Of a stretch of 64,000 nucleotides of DNA, positions 25,727 to 37,496 are shown in pieces; position 1 is the stretch's first letter; each line of letters opens with the position of its first letter. Source of the DNA: Octopus bimaculoides (Eukaryota); the NCBI RefSeq assembly GCF_001194135.2, contig NC_068990.1, positions 78,363,498 through 78,427,497 of the forward strand, read 5' to 3'. The notes under the pieces are model-generated. The model made no database searches and was not told the origin of the DNA. It saw only the letters and a list, made by a program, of their open reading frames with translations. The translations under genes were made by a program, and so were the position numbers.

Positions 25727-27730
25727 AGTAGGCATAAAGTCAGGTGCTATGTTAATAAGATTGACTCAATTTGTTTTTTTGTTTTTGTTTTTTTGCAATG
25801 CCTTAGGATGAATACAAACAAGTTTTAGCAATAGTTATCTACCAAACCATTTTAAACTAAGAAATGGCAGTTGCTTTTATGCAAATAAACTTTCAGAATT
25901 TTGTGCTCAGATGTCTTTGGGTGAGTCTGTGATGCTGCTACATGAAGAGACAGACATGGATTTTCATAAAGGATTTAATTCACAGCCTTCACATTACTTT
26001 CTGACATGCTTCAATATCCACCTTTGACCCTGTGCACCAAACCAGTTCATTAAAATAGTTTATCTATCAACTTATCTGCTGGCCCTTCTTTGTTGAATTG
26101 CTTCTCTAACATTTCTGATTGCGATGTAGTTATAAGCCAAGTAACTATAACTACACACTCCTCTCTATCCATCTCAACAAAAATAGAAATTGAGCCATTT
26201 TCCAATAAAGTAATAGCTGGCTATGTCCATCCTGTGTACAAATAGGCTTCAGCACAGTTTTTTGCCTGCTAAATTCTACGTACAAGGTATCACTGAATCT
26301 GAAGCTACACTGTGTTGTGGTACTGAACCCAGAACCACAAAGCCAAGCAATTTTGTCTGTACTAGATTTTAGTTTCAAAAGTTTTCAGATCAACTTTGAA
26401 TAAACAGTCTTGAAATTCATCTCATGAGAATCTATAGAAAAGGCAAAAGTGGCCTGTTTAGTAGCTACGAGAATTACCAATCTGGTGATGTAGTAATTTT
26501 TAAGTCACTTACGATGATGGCTTAACAAGACTTGCCTTATGCCTTGTGATTGTAAATGGTTTAATATTCAATCTACTCCCATGTTCAAGAGAGAACTCAA
26601 ATAGGGATCACATTTTTATCTGCCCACACAAAACATTACATTTGTTTTTTTAAGTGTAATTCTTCTTGAATTCTTTCTGTAAATATTCTTTTATGGTCTT
26701 ATAAATCAAAAAGTTGTTTCAATGAACCAATACAAAAAAATTTTTCAAATGAAAGAATAAAAAAAAAATGTACTGATATCATATAAATATTCCAAAATGA
26801 ACAAAAAAGAAAAAAACCCCCAGAAAATTCAGTGAAATGCCAGTAGTTCTCTGTATTCATGTACTGTAACTTAATCAGAAAAGATCAGAAAAGCCACACA
26901 GCTCTCTCCCCCTTTTTTTAAAAAAAAAACAGTGAAATAGTTTCATAATGAACTTGTTAAAAACTAACAAATAACACTGCATTGTGCCTTTGTTGTCAAA
27001 TCAGAAAAAATATCAGAACAAAAAAATTTTCCAGAAATCAGACAGAATTTCAAACCAGCAGAAACATTGGGACAATGTTGCTACACTGGGAAATATGGTA
27101 AACTTATTATATACATATAGGGCTTACAAAGCATATATACACCAAATATTTATACATCCACAATACACATATTGTTGAGAAAAAGTACATCTCCGAGTAG
27201 AGCTGGAAATTGAAGGAAGATAGAATAGCAACACGTGAAATTCTCAACATTTTACTTTAATAATGCTGCCTGCTCTACCTTTAAAGGAATACAACTTTCT
27301 CCTGCAACCTTTTGAGATGCACATCAAAAAAGAAGTGATCCAGAAGTGTAGAAATAAGAACATGTTTGAAAGAACACCATCTAAATATAGATGAAATAGA
27401 ATCTTTCATGTAGTAGAGACTGGCTGCTGCTAATCCAACCTTGACACCAACTAATCAACTAACTTTAGCAATAATGTTTGCCCCAACTACCACACCTGAT
27501 TAGTAAATGATATAGAGGCAGATAGAAGAAGCAAAAATGTATATTAAAGAGTCTCTACAAACAATGTAAAATTCAGAGAAGCAACAGAGTAAAGATTCAG
27601 TTTTGAAAATATGTCGAGCGTTTTGCCTTTCAAGCCTCAATTTTATGATATAAGTTTAAAACTGAACATCACCTCTGACATTTTTATCTGTATAGGAGGT
27701 CCTGCAAAAGGAGCACCAGCAGCAACAACA

Positions 27731-27938
27731 CTTTCCAGTACAGGCACAAGGCCTGGAATTTTGGGAGAGGGGGTAAGTTGATTACGTTGGACCCCCCTCC
27801 CCCGTACATAACTGGTATTTATTTTATTGACTCCGAAAGGATGAAAGGCAAAGTTGGCCTTGGCAGAACTTGAAGACAGATGAAATGCTGCCAAACATTT
27901 TGCCTGGTGTGCTAACGATTCTGCCAGCTCACTGCCTT
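27731..27938 (-). mobile_element. SINE family A, full-length copy
   Basis: caggcacaaggcctgg...gactccgaaaggatgaaaggcaaagttggcc...gctaacgattctgccagctcactgcctt followed by (ATT)n. Confidence 0.9.
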
Positions 27939-28224
27939 ATCGTTATCATTATTATTATTATCTTCATTAGCATCTTCTTTCAATTCTATTTCTATTTCTT
28001 GCCAAGTGTCTTCCTGACACCTAGGGCAGAGAAACATACTGTACATATTGGCAAGCCATCAAGACAAACACACCAGATTGTTCATTTACAGAGTCATGTG
28101 ATAAAGAAAAAAACAGAGAAGTAAACAAATAAAATAAAGGGGAAAAAAAAAAGAAAATTCACAATGACAACACTCTTCTCAATATGTGTGACATACCAGT
28201 TAAGACAATCTTTTGCACTTCCTG

Positions 28225-28260
<36 letters not shown>

Positions 28261-28261
<1 letters not shown>

Positions 28262-28452
28262 TTCAAACTTTGGCAGAAGGCCAGGAATCTTTGGAGAGGA
28301 ATCTTTGGACATTGACCCCAGGGTTCAACTGGTAGTTATTTTATCAATCCTGAAAGGATGAAAAAGCAAAGTCAACTTTGGCCAAATTTGAACTCAGAAT
28401 GTAAAGATGGACAAAATGCAGCTAAATATTTTTGCCTGGTGTGCTTTACAAT
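28261..28452 (-). mobile_element. SINE family A copy next to (ATT)n
   Basis: tttcaaactttggcagaaggccagg...ggatgaaaaagcaaagtcaac...atttgaactcagaatg. Confidence 0.85.
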
Positions 28453-29034
28453 TTACAGGAACCAATGAGCCGAAGGGCTGCACTAAGTTCCAATGTCTGC
28501 TTTGGCATGGTTTCTATGGCTGGATATGCTTCTTAATGCTACCCACTGTACAAAGTGTACTAGATGCTTTTTTCTTTTTTGTGGCATCAGTGAGGTTACC
28601 TTACAAGACAAGACCCCCTAATTGAGTGGGATATAGTACTGAAGCATGTGAAAGTATGATGGAGAGACAGGAATAAATGTCTAGCTGAAAGAATCAATAC
28701 AGATTTTGTTTCCACACTTTGAATTTCAATTCTAATTTTACTACAGTTTCAGCTATAAGAAGAGGGTCATCAACATTATCTTATAGTCATCTATTATGAC
28801 CTAGAGAAGCATGACAAATAGGAGGAGTACCACTAAATTTGTTGTGGTACTTATTGCCAACTCTTATCTTATTGGCAACATCCTAGTACATGACTTCAAC
28901 CCCTCTCACCAGTCATTCATCAAATAGCTTCTGCAACAACCAGCAGATCAAGAAGCCAGAAAATTTCTTCGCATTACATTGGCAAAGCAGAAAGAAAAGA
29001 AAATTCAGAATGAAAATCTCAAATAAATACTTAC

Positions 29035-29277
29035 TCATCTGACTTTTCTGATTTGTTACTATCAGCCCAGGTCATTCTGGATTTGTAATCACATGGTAAC
29101 GTTGACCTTAAAGATCCATCACAACGATTAAAATTTTGGTAAGAGTTTGAGGAGCCTGCTGCAAAGGTATGAGACTTGGGTAGGTTCCGACAACCATCGA
29201 TGGTATTACGTTCCTCTGATATTGTACTTCTCGTAACACCACCAACGGTTCGCCGAGCGTACCGCTTGCTAGGTGAC
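29035..29277 (-). CDS. PTPN4: PTPN3/PTPN4 orthologue, exon 4: (R)SPSKRYARRTVGGVTRSTISEERNTIDGCRNLPKS...MTWADSNKSEKSD(D)
   Basis: ttaatttccag|G...GATGA|gtaagt; 243 nt, phase 2 to 2; inside ORF 29031..29336(-). RSPSKRYARR..VTRSTISEER aligns with recalled PTPN4 RSPSKPLARK..VSRNSISDDR. Retains CpGs, unlike the flanks. Confidence 0.93.
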
Positions 29278-30299
29278 CTGGAAATTAACAAAGAAAGAAA
29301 CAATTCTGATAAAAGAAAAGCAAAAACAAGAAACAATTGTTAAAAAAACAAAAATAAATCAAATAATTAAAACTAACAAATGAAAATACATATATAAATG
29401 AAATATAATTACACTGTCAATGGAAAACTGGAATAAATTTTACATGCAAGAAATCAGTTATTGATTCTATATTGTTCAAGTGTATAAAAAAAAAAAAAAT
29501 ACAAACACATATTTCTATGCATTTATGATTTTTCACATGGGTTCACAACTGGTTTTATTATAAAGTGGTGCAATAAATAGAAAGAGGACTGATCATAATG
29601 TATGATTATTTAAATTACAAAAGCAGAGGGATTATATGGAATGATTATCCTGGTTGTATCCAAATTGAAAAACATGAGACACTCAGCTAGATTCTATCAA
29701 ATCAACCTGTTTATCCTTTGCCTCTAAAATGAAATTTCCAAGTAGTTTGAATGCACAAAAGTCCCCAATATCCAGAAGGGCACAAAGGAGTCATGACCTG
29801 GATGCTGCCCAGCCCCCTTAGGGTGTAGGAAGTTAAGAGCCGAAACACTTGCCTGAGGTGGGTTTCTTCCTCTGAAGACTTGCTGTTCAGCTCTGTTGAG
29901 AGTTTTTTTTTACCACTTTGCATCAGTTCTATTAACTTTAATTTTTTGTAATAGAAACATGAAGCAGTTGAGGCAAGTGAAATTGTGAAATACTGACATA
30001 AATGCCATTCCCAAGGACATCAACTTAGCAAGCAGTTCTAAGTGGTAATTGAAACCATATTAAGACTATTTGCAGGGGAGAACAGGACATAAACACTGAA
30101 AGATCTAAGTAGACGGTTGGTGTAAGAGGTCCTCATGCCAAATGCAGACAGGTGGTTTTGTTGAACCCACTGACAAGATGTTGATTTTTATTAATTTAAT
30201 TTTCAGGTGAAAATTAAAGGTGTATAAACAAATGATTGAACTGTATTGATAAAATAAGTGAAGTCTAGTTATCAGTATAAATGTCAATAATACAATATT

Positions 30300-31838
30300 A
30301 TTGATATGCTCAAAGGATCTTTGTCTTGTAGGTTACTTGGTAACCATGTTTAGTTCCTTTTTGAAGACATCTACTCCAGCTTATACAGATTTCTTAATTT
30401 TTGTAGCAGGGCATTGAAGAGCTTTGGGCTGTTGAACCCTAGACTACTGCAGTACCTGGTCCTGAATTTAGATGGAGTGAATGCTACCTTTGGTACAATA
30501 CAATGGCGCCCAGTTCTGGCAGTTGTATAAACATTCAATGCCGAAATTAGGTACTAGCCCTTCTAGAGTTTCCCATATGTAGATTATTACATAACAGTCG
30601 TGCTTTCACTCCAAGGAGTAAAGTTGCATGTTTTCTCAGCCTATCCCTGTAGCTCATCCGCTGCACTGTTTCAATCCTTTTAGTGAAGTGGTGTTGGACT
30701 GATTCAAGCTCCGATGTTAGTTTGGCACTATGTGGTGACCATAACTAGGAGCAGTAGCCCAGGTGGCTGAGGATAAAGGTTCTCCACAGGGTCAACATAG
30801 TTTCTTGGTCTCTTGTCTTGAAGGACCTCAGTATCCATTCTGCCAGTTATCTGCACTTTGCTGCCATCTTGGTAATGTGCATATAAAATGGATGTGTCAT
30901 TGCACATACTGATCTCAAGTCTTTCACTGCTTGTGACTCTGGGATTGTAATGCCTCCTGGTCCTGTATATGCAGGCTGTAGTGCATTCGTGAGGTGACAG
31001 TGCAGCAATTGAAATTTTCCAGTATTAAACTGCATGTTGTTTATTTCAGCCCACTTGTGTATCGAATTCAGGTCCTGCTGTAAGCTTGCGATGTTATCTT
31101 AATTTTTTATTGCTTATGATAATTTTGTATTATTAGCATAGCTAGTGACAGTGGCTGTGGGCATGTCTAAGAAAACTATTATGAACAGTAATGGCCCCAG
31201 AACAGTTAGGATTTGAGTTTCCTCAGAAAGGGCACTGTTGGTTGCAACTGCCTGACTTCAGTCTCTGAGGAAGTCATGCAGCCACTCTCCCAGTTTACTA
31301 GCAATGCCAAAGTTTCACAGCTTATGACATATCATGCCATGATCTACCTTATCAAATGTCTTTGCAAAGTGAAAGTATATCACGCTGACATCCGAATGGT
31401 CAAGCAGCTGTTTGAAAATCCAGTCACAGTGCTATAGTAGTTCTGGATGAAAGCCATGCTGTGTATTGTTCAGTAGATCATTTTCTTCTAGGAACATTAT
31501 TAACTTCTTTCTGATGATCCACCAAATAACTTTACTGATATGCAAAGTCAGAGAGATTGGCCTGTAGTTTTTGGCCTCTGCTCGCTTCCACCTTTGTGGA
31601 CAGGGCTTATTATAATGCCTTCTTTTAGCGTTTTGCAACAAAACTTTGGTTTCGCTAAAGTGTGTTTACATGACTTCAGGAGAATAGCTGGAAAGCCAAC
31701 AGGACCAGTTGTGGAGCCTGAGCTCATTTCATCTATGGCCGCTATTACATCTGTCTTCTCAATGTTGATGTAATTGATGGTTGGTGCCTCTTTTTTGAGA
31801 GCTGCAATATTAAAAAATTCAGGCAGGTTTTTGTTCAT
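30300..31838 (-). mobile_element. CR1-group LINE ORF2 remnant (RT domain to C-terminus), 5' truncated
   Basis: GPVGFPAILLKSCK; NYRPISLTLHISKV; LNNTQHGF; FAKTFDKVDHG; LQQDLNSIHKWAEINNMQFNTGKFQLL; VKDL; KLFNAL. Stops and frameshifts throughout. Confidence 0.9.
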
Positions 31839-31904
31839 CAGTATGTGTCCAAGGGGCGAAGTGAAGACTCTTTTAAATTATATAACTTTAGTTTCAGGTT
31901 CAGT

Positions 31905-32259
31905 CCCACTGCATGGCACCTTGGGCAAGTGTCTTCTGCTACAGCCTCGGGCTGACCAAAGCCTTGTGAGTGGATTTTGTAGAGAGAAACTGAAAGAAGC
32001 CCGTCGTATATGTTTGTGTGTGTGTGTGTATGTTTGTGTGTGTGTGTGTGTGTGAGTGTCTGTGTTTGTCCCCTCACCATCGCTTGACAGCCGATGTTGG
32101 GATGTTTACGTACCCGTACCTTAGTGGTTCGGCAAAAGAGACCGATACAATAAGTACTTGGCTAACAAAGAATAAGTCCTGGGGGCGATTTGTTCGACTA
32201 AAGGCAGTGTTCCAGCATGGCCACAGTCAAATGAATGAAATAAGTAAAAGAAAAAGAAT
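31905..32259 (+). mobile_element. CORE-head tRNA-derived SINE with internal (TG)n and A-rich tail
   Basis: B-box ggttcagtccc; ggcaccttgggcaagtgtcttct; gaccaaagccttgtgagtggattt; (TG)n; tail ccagcatggccacagtcaaatgaatgaaataagtaaaaga. Confidence 0.88.
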
Positions 32260-32407
32260 ATATATATATATATAATTTGAAGAAAAGCAACAAAAATGTA
32301 TTAGGTTATAGCAGTACGTACGTTTCGTACAAACTTCATTTATTTATGTAGTGAGAACACCACATAAGATGTGCAATGAAAATGCATAATGGAAGTTCAT
32401 TTCAGAA

Positions 32408-32524
32408 AGTCATTTTGTAAATGTGTGCAAATACAAGAGTAGGAGATGAAGAAAATACCATCTTGCCTGGGCTGTTAATCAACAGTCTCCTACTCTTGCA
32501 TTTGCACACATTTACAAAATGACT
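32408..32524. repeat. 39-bp inverted repeat (1 mismatch) with a 39-nt spacer, abutting an assembly gap
   Basis: agtcattttgtaaatgtgtgcaaatacaagagtaggaga / tctcctactcttgcatttgcacacatttacaaaatgact. Confidence 0.9.
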
Positions 32525-32768
32525 NNNNNNNNNNNNNNNNNNNNNNNNNNNNNNNNNNNNNNNNNNNNNNNNNNNNNNNNNNNNNNNNNNNNNNNNNNNN
32601 NNNNNNNNNNNNNNNNNNNNNNNNNNNNNNNNNNNNNNNNNNNNNNNNNNNNNNNNNNNNNNNNNNNNNNNNNNNNNNNNNNNNNNNNNNNNNNNNNNNN
32701 NNNNNNNNNNNNNNNNNNNNNNATATATAATGTATATATATATATCTATACATTATGTATATATATAA

Positions 32769-32810
<42 letters not shown>

Positions 32811-32815
<5 letters not shown>

Positions 32816-35569
32816 CATCATCATCATCGTCATTGTCATGTAACGTCTGCCTTGCATGCCGGCATAGGTTGGAGGGTTTCACTGAGGGCTGGCAAGCCAG
32901 AAGGCTGCACCAGGCTCCAATCCAATCTGACAGAATTTCTACAGCTGGATATCCTTCCTAACACCAACCACTCAGAGTGTAGTGGCTGCTTTTTATGTGC
33001 CACCGGCACGAGGGCCAGTCAGGTGGTACTGGCATCAACCACGCTTGAATGGTGCTTTTTATGTGCCACCGGCATGGGTGGCAATCAGGCTGTACTGTCA
33101 TCAGCCATGACAACAATTTCACTTGCCTCAATAGGTCTTCGCAAGCACAGTTTATTGCTTAATGATTAAAGGGTACTCTTAAATGGGTTGGCTATGCTGC
33201 ACTGGCAGAGGTCACAGTTATGGTCTCACTTGGCTTCACGGATCTCAAGCACAGCATATCTCCAAAGGTCTCAGTCACTTGTCATCGCCTAGGTGAGGCC
33301 CAACATTCGAAGGTCATGCTTCACCACCTCATCCCAAGTCTTTCTGGGTCTACTCTTCCACAGGTTCCCTCAACTGCTAGGCTGGCATATTTTCACACAG
33401 CTATCCTCATCCATATGCAACACATGACCATACCGGGGCAGTCGTCTATCTTGCACACCACATCTGATGCTTCTTGAGTCCAACTTTTCTTTCAGGGCGC
33501 TTACACTCTGTTGTGTATGTACACTGACATTATACTCCACTGGAGCATACATGCTTCATTCCTTGCAAGCTTACGCATGTCTTCAGCAGTCACGGCCCAT
33601 GTTTCAGCATTTACTCTGGGCAAGGGGCCCTTTGTCACCAGAAGTAGAAGCTCCCTGAAGTTTGTTCAGGATATTCTTATTCTAGCAGCTACACTCTTAG
33701 AACATCCACTCTCACTACTGACTTGGTAACCTAGGTAATGGAAGCTATCAACTACTTCTAGTATTTTCCCCTGGCATGTGATGGAAGCTGTTTTCTGCAC
33801 ATTTTCAGTGTTTATTGCTCCTGAACATCTACCATACACAAAAACTATCTTCCCAGATAGCCTTCATTTGATATTCTACCTGAAGGGGTTTGTGTTTTGT
33901 CTACCTTCCTACGTATTAGGTTTTGGTTTTAGCTAGGTTGACTCTAAGCCCCTTCGATTCTAGTCCTTGCTTCCACACCAGAAACTTCTCTAGTTCTGAT
34001 AGTGACTCAGCAATTAGCGCAAGGTCATCAGCATAGAGGAGCTCCCAGGGGCATCCTGTCTTGAATTCCTGTGTTATTGCCTGGAGGACTATGATAAATA
34101 GGAGGGGGCTGAGGACTGAACCTTGGTGGACCTCTACCTCTACCCGAAATTCTTCACAGTACTCGTTGCCAACCCTCACCTTACTGACAGCGTCTCTGTA
34201 CATGGCTTGCACAGCTCTTACTAACCATTCTTCTATCCCTAGTTTCCTCATTGACCACCAGATAAGGGATCGGGGGACCCTGTCAATGGCTTCCTCCATG
34301 TCAACGAAAGCCAGGTACAGAGGTTTATCTTTGGNNNNNNNNNNNNNNNNNNNNNNNNNNNNNNNNNNNNNNNNNNNNNNNNNNNNNNNNNNNNNNNNNN
34401 NNNNNNNNNNNNNNNNNNNNNNNNNNNNNNNNNNNNNNNNNNNNNNNNNNNNNNNNNNNNNNNNNNNNNNNNNNNNNNNNNNNNNNNNNNNNNNNNNNNN
34501 NNNNNNNNNNNNNNNNNNNNNNNNNNNNNNNNNNNNNNNNNNNNNNNNNNNNNNNNNNNNNNNNNNNNNNNNNNNNNNNNNNNNNNNNNNNNNNNNNNNN
34601 NNNNNNNNNNNNNNNNNNNNNNNNNNNNNNNNNNNNNNNNNNNNNNNNNNNNNNNNNNNNNNNNNNNNNNNNNNNNNNNNNNNNNNNNNNNNNNNNNNNN
34701 NNNNNNNNNNNNNNNNNNNNNNNNNNNNNNNNNNNNNNNNNNNNNNNNNNNNNNNNNNNNNNNNNNNNNNNNNNNNNNNNNNNNNNNNNNNNNNNNNNNN
34801 NNNNNNNNNNNNNNNNNNNNNNNNNNNNNNNNNNNNNNNNNNNNNNNNNNNNNNNNNNNNNNNNNNNNNNNNNNNNNNNNNNNNNNNNNNNNNNNNNNNN
34901 NNNNNNNNNNNNNNNNNNNNNNNNNNNNNNNNNNNNNNNNNNNNNNNNNNNNNNNNNNNNNNNNNNNNNNNNNNNNNNNNNNNNNNNNNNNNNNNNNNNN
35001 NNNNNNNNNNNNNNNNNNNNNNNNNNNNNNNNNNNNNNNNNNNNNNNNNNNNNNNNNNNNNNNNNNNNNNNNNNNNNNNNNNNNNNNNNNNNNNNNNNNN
35101 NNNNNNNNNNNNNNNNNNNNNNNNNNNNNNNNNNNNNNNNNNNNNNNNNNNNNNNNNNNNNNNNNNNNNNNNNNNNNNNNNNNNNNNNNNNNNNNNNNNN
35201 NNNNNNNGTCTAATAGCCCTGTCAATAACATTGTTCCACCACCACGTTATTTTGGGTCGAGAGGGGACTTTGCACCATCCACAGATCTGGTCAGTGGTCC
35301 TCAGCAGGTTGTCCTGTAGAAACCTCCAGTTGTCTTCTACATCGTGTGAAGCTATATTCCCTTCTATTTTGTCAAAGGCTTCGAGTAATAAGTCTCTAAA
35401 TCTCTGTCCATTCGCAGGATCTTTGAGCTTCCAGACCCTTCTCCTCCATGCTGGTTGTCTTCTGGGCAACCACTTAGCCCTGATCCTGAAGTCACTAACT
35501 ACTAGTCTATGTTGTGGGGTACATTCTTTGCCTGGGAAGGTTTTGGCATTTATGACCAGCCATCTTTCC
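32811..35569 (-). mobile_element. RTE-clade LINE, 5' truncated (endonuclease end, RT, C-terminus, 3' UTR, (GAT)n tail), with an 873-nt gap; non-functional
   Basis: QHRLVV; WWWNNVIDRAIR; PLYLAFVDMEEAIDRVPR; HQGSVLSPLLFIIVL; ELLYADDLAL; GLRVNLAKTK; VVDSFHYLG; ETWAVT; GRPRKTW. Frameshift and deletion near 33900. Confidence 0.95.
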
Positions 35570-35599
35570 CTATATATATACATACATTATATATATATC

Positions 35600-35950
35600 T
35601 AAAGAGAATGAATGGGAGGAAGAGAGTCTGCCACATGTCGACCCAACAGAGGGACCAGCTATCCTAATTGACAGTACCTTGGTAGATAAAGCGATCAAGA
35701 GAATGAAGACAGGGAAAGCCCCCGGCCCATCACAAATCACCGCAGAGATGCTCAAAATATCTGGCAGTGTCGGCTATAGCCTAGTCACTCGTATAGTCAA
35801 TCAGGTGATACATGAAGGAGTCATACCCAATGACTGGTGTAGCAGCACCATAGTCAACTGCTACAAAGGTAAAGGTGATACTCTAGACACAAACAATTAC
35901 AGAGGTATCAAGTTGTTAGATCAGGTAATGAAGGTCACCAAGAGGGTGGT
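35600..35950 (+). mobile_element. RTE-clade LINE internal fragment, head-to-head with the preceding copy
   Basis: VDKAIKRMKTGKAPGPSQITAEMLK...WCSSTIVNCYKGKGDTLDTNNYRGIKLLDQVMKV (ORF 35679..35957). Confidence 0.93.
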
Positions 35951-36105
35951 ATCTTGAAACCCAAGTGCTTTAGAAAAATACTGACTGCTTGCAGTTGAAT
36001 GTAGGATTTCACATAATTCTTAGATTTTAGCTTCAAGTGATATTTGATAAAAGTAAGAAGTAGAGAGGATAAAATATGATTCGAGCCCTTTCAAATTAAT
36101 CAACT

Positions 36106-36186
36106 TCATCATCATCATCATTGTCATTTAACGTCTCTGGCAAAGTTTCTACAGCTGGATGCCCTTCCTAACGCCAACCACTCCGA
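36106..36186 (-). mobile_element. Internally deleted RTE tail fragment
   Basis: (CAT)n-ttgtcatttaacgtc joined directly to tctggcaaagtttctacagctggatgcccttcctaacgccaaccac. Confidence 0.85.
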
Positions 36187-36688
36187 TATTTATCCTTCTC
36201 TGGATATAGGCACAGGACAGAAAAAAAAAACCTAAACAAACTGAATGACCATCTTTGTAATAGAGTGATTCTCATCATTATTGTTCAGCAAGTGTCCATA
36301 GTAAATCCAAACAGAAATATCAGTGAATTCCTGATGATCTCTCTTCCATTGTCTACAGAGTTAAAATAATGAGGAGTATATTGTCAGGATCCCAGTAACA
36401 GTTGGTCTCTAACATTTTGGGAAATGTTCCCAATGTAAGGAATAATGGTAACAGCTCATAATCTTCTGCCTAAGTTTTACAAAAGCCATACAGTTCTCCT
36501 TATCTGACATCAATGTGACCACTACTGATTGACAACTAATCCATGACAGAATGTTGAAGTTTAACCAATTGTTTTGCCAACACAGGTAAATGAGTGAGTG
36601 ACAATATTCTAAATACCAAGATTCAAGCTTCACCTATATTTAACCCAAGATAGAGTTCATTAATAATAACAATAATAATACCTAGACA

Positions 36689-37200
36689 GTAAATTCTCAT
36701 GGCTTTTGATTTTAACTGATTGGAAGTGTTATCATGTACATTGTTTTGTCTTGATATAAAAGATGGGCTGTAGCAAATATTCTGCTCAATACCACAGATT
36801 TGTTTGTCAGTTGTTTGACCATAACCAGTTGAGCATGTCCCTTGGTGGATGATGATATGTGCAACTCTGATCATGAGCAGAAGCAGTGGGGGAACATCAT
36901 AGCCATGTGTTGAGAGGAATTCTTTGGGGTTTGAATAATTTACTCCTGAAAACATGGGTACTTTGCTCAACATCTTTAAACAAACCTTATTCAGGTACCT
37001 TTTGAGTGGGATGGGCTACTCGACCTGAAGAAAAATTCTAACTGGGCCCCACTTGCAAGGTCATGCACTGTTTATCTTGATATGAGATCACCATGCTGCA
37101 TGTGCCTGCTGTACCCTTATCCGATGGGTATATTGGGTTTCATATATTTGTATCCCCAATGTCACTTTGATGGCATGTGCTGCTCTCTCACACAATAATA
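36689..37200 (+). mobile_element. ~500-bp non-coding retroposon (LINE 3'-UTR-like or SINE) with AAT tail, copy 1
   Basis: Colinear with 53529-53989 and 54011-54500; shared 3' end gctctctcac.caataat. Confidence 0.8.
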
Positions 37201-37268
37201 ACAACAACAACTTCTAGCATAGGCACAAGTCAGAAATTTTGAGGGAAAATTTCAGTAATTATAATAAT

Positions 37269-37496
37269 GGTTTCAAATTTTGGCACAAGGCCAGCAATTT
37301 CAAGGGAAAGAGTTACATTGACCCCAGTGCTGGATTGATACTTATTTTACCCCAGTGCTGGATTGATACTTATTTTACTAAAGAGGAAAAGAAAAGTTGA
37401 CCTCAGTGACATTTGAACTTAGAACATGGAGAGAGCTGACAGAAATGTTGTTAGGGATTTTATTATCTGATCTGCGAATGACTCAGCCAACTCACC
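37269..37496 (-). mobile_element. SINE family A copy with an internal 28-bp tandem duplication (37323-37378)
   Basis: ggtttcaaattttggcacaaggccagc...; cccagtgctggattgatacttattttac occurs twice. Confidence 0.85.

Larger units (their letters stand above)
4983..29034 (-). other. 24.1-kb GT-AG intron of the PTPN4-like gene (may hide phase-2 cassette exons; contains four gaps)
   Basis: Bounded by the exon 4 donor and exon 5 acceptor, both phase 2. Confidence 0.75.

Noticed and set aside
29836-29885. Type II hammerhead-like arrangement (GAAA...stem...CTGAAGA)
   Set aside because: Cleavage-site position would be G, stem III does not pair and the stem II closing pair is missing; not a viable ribozyme as written.
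34061-35602. 513-aa plus-strand ORF
   Set aside because: Antisense shadow of the RTE ORF2 plus a gap.
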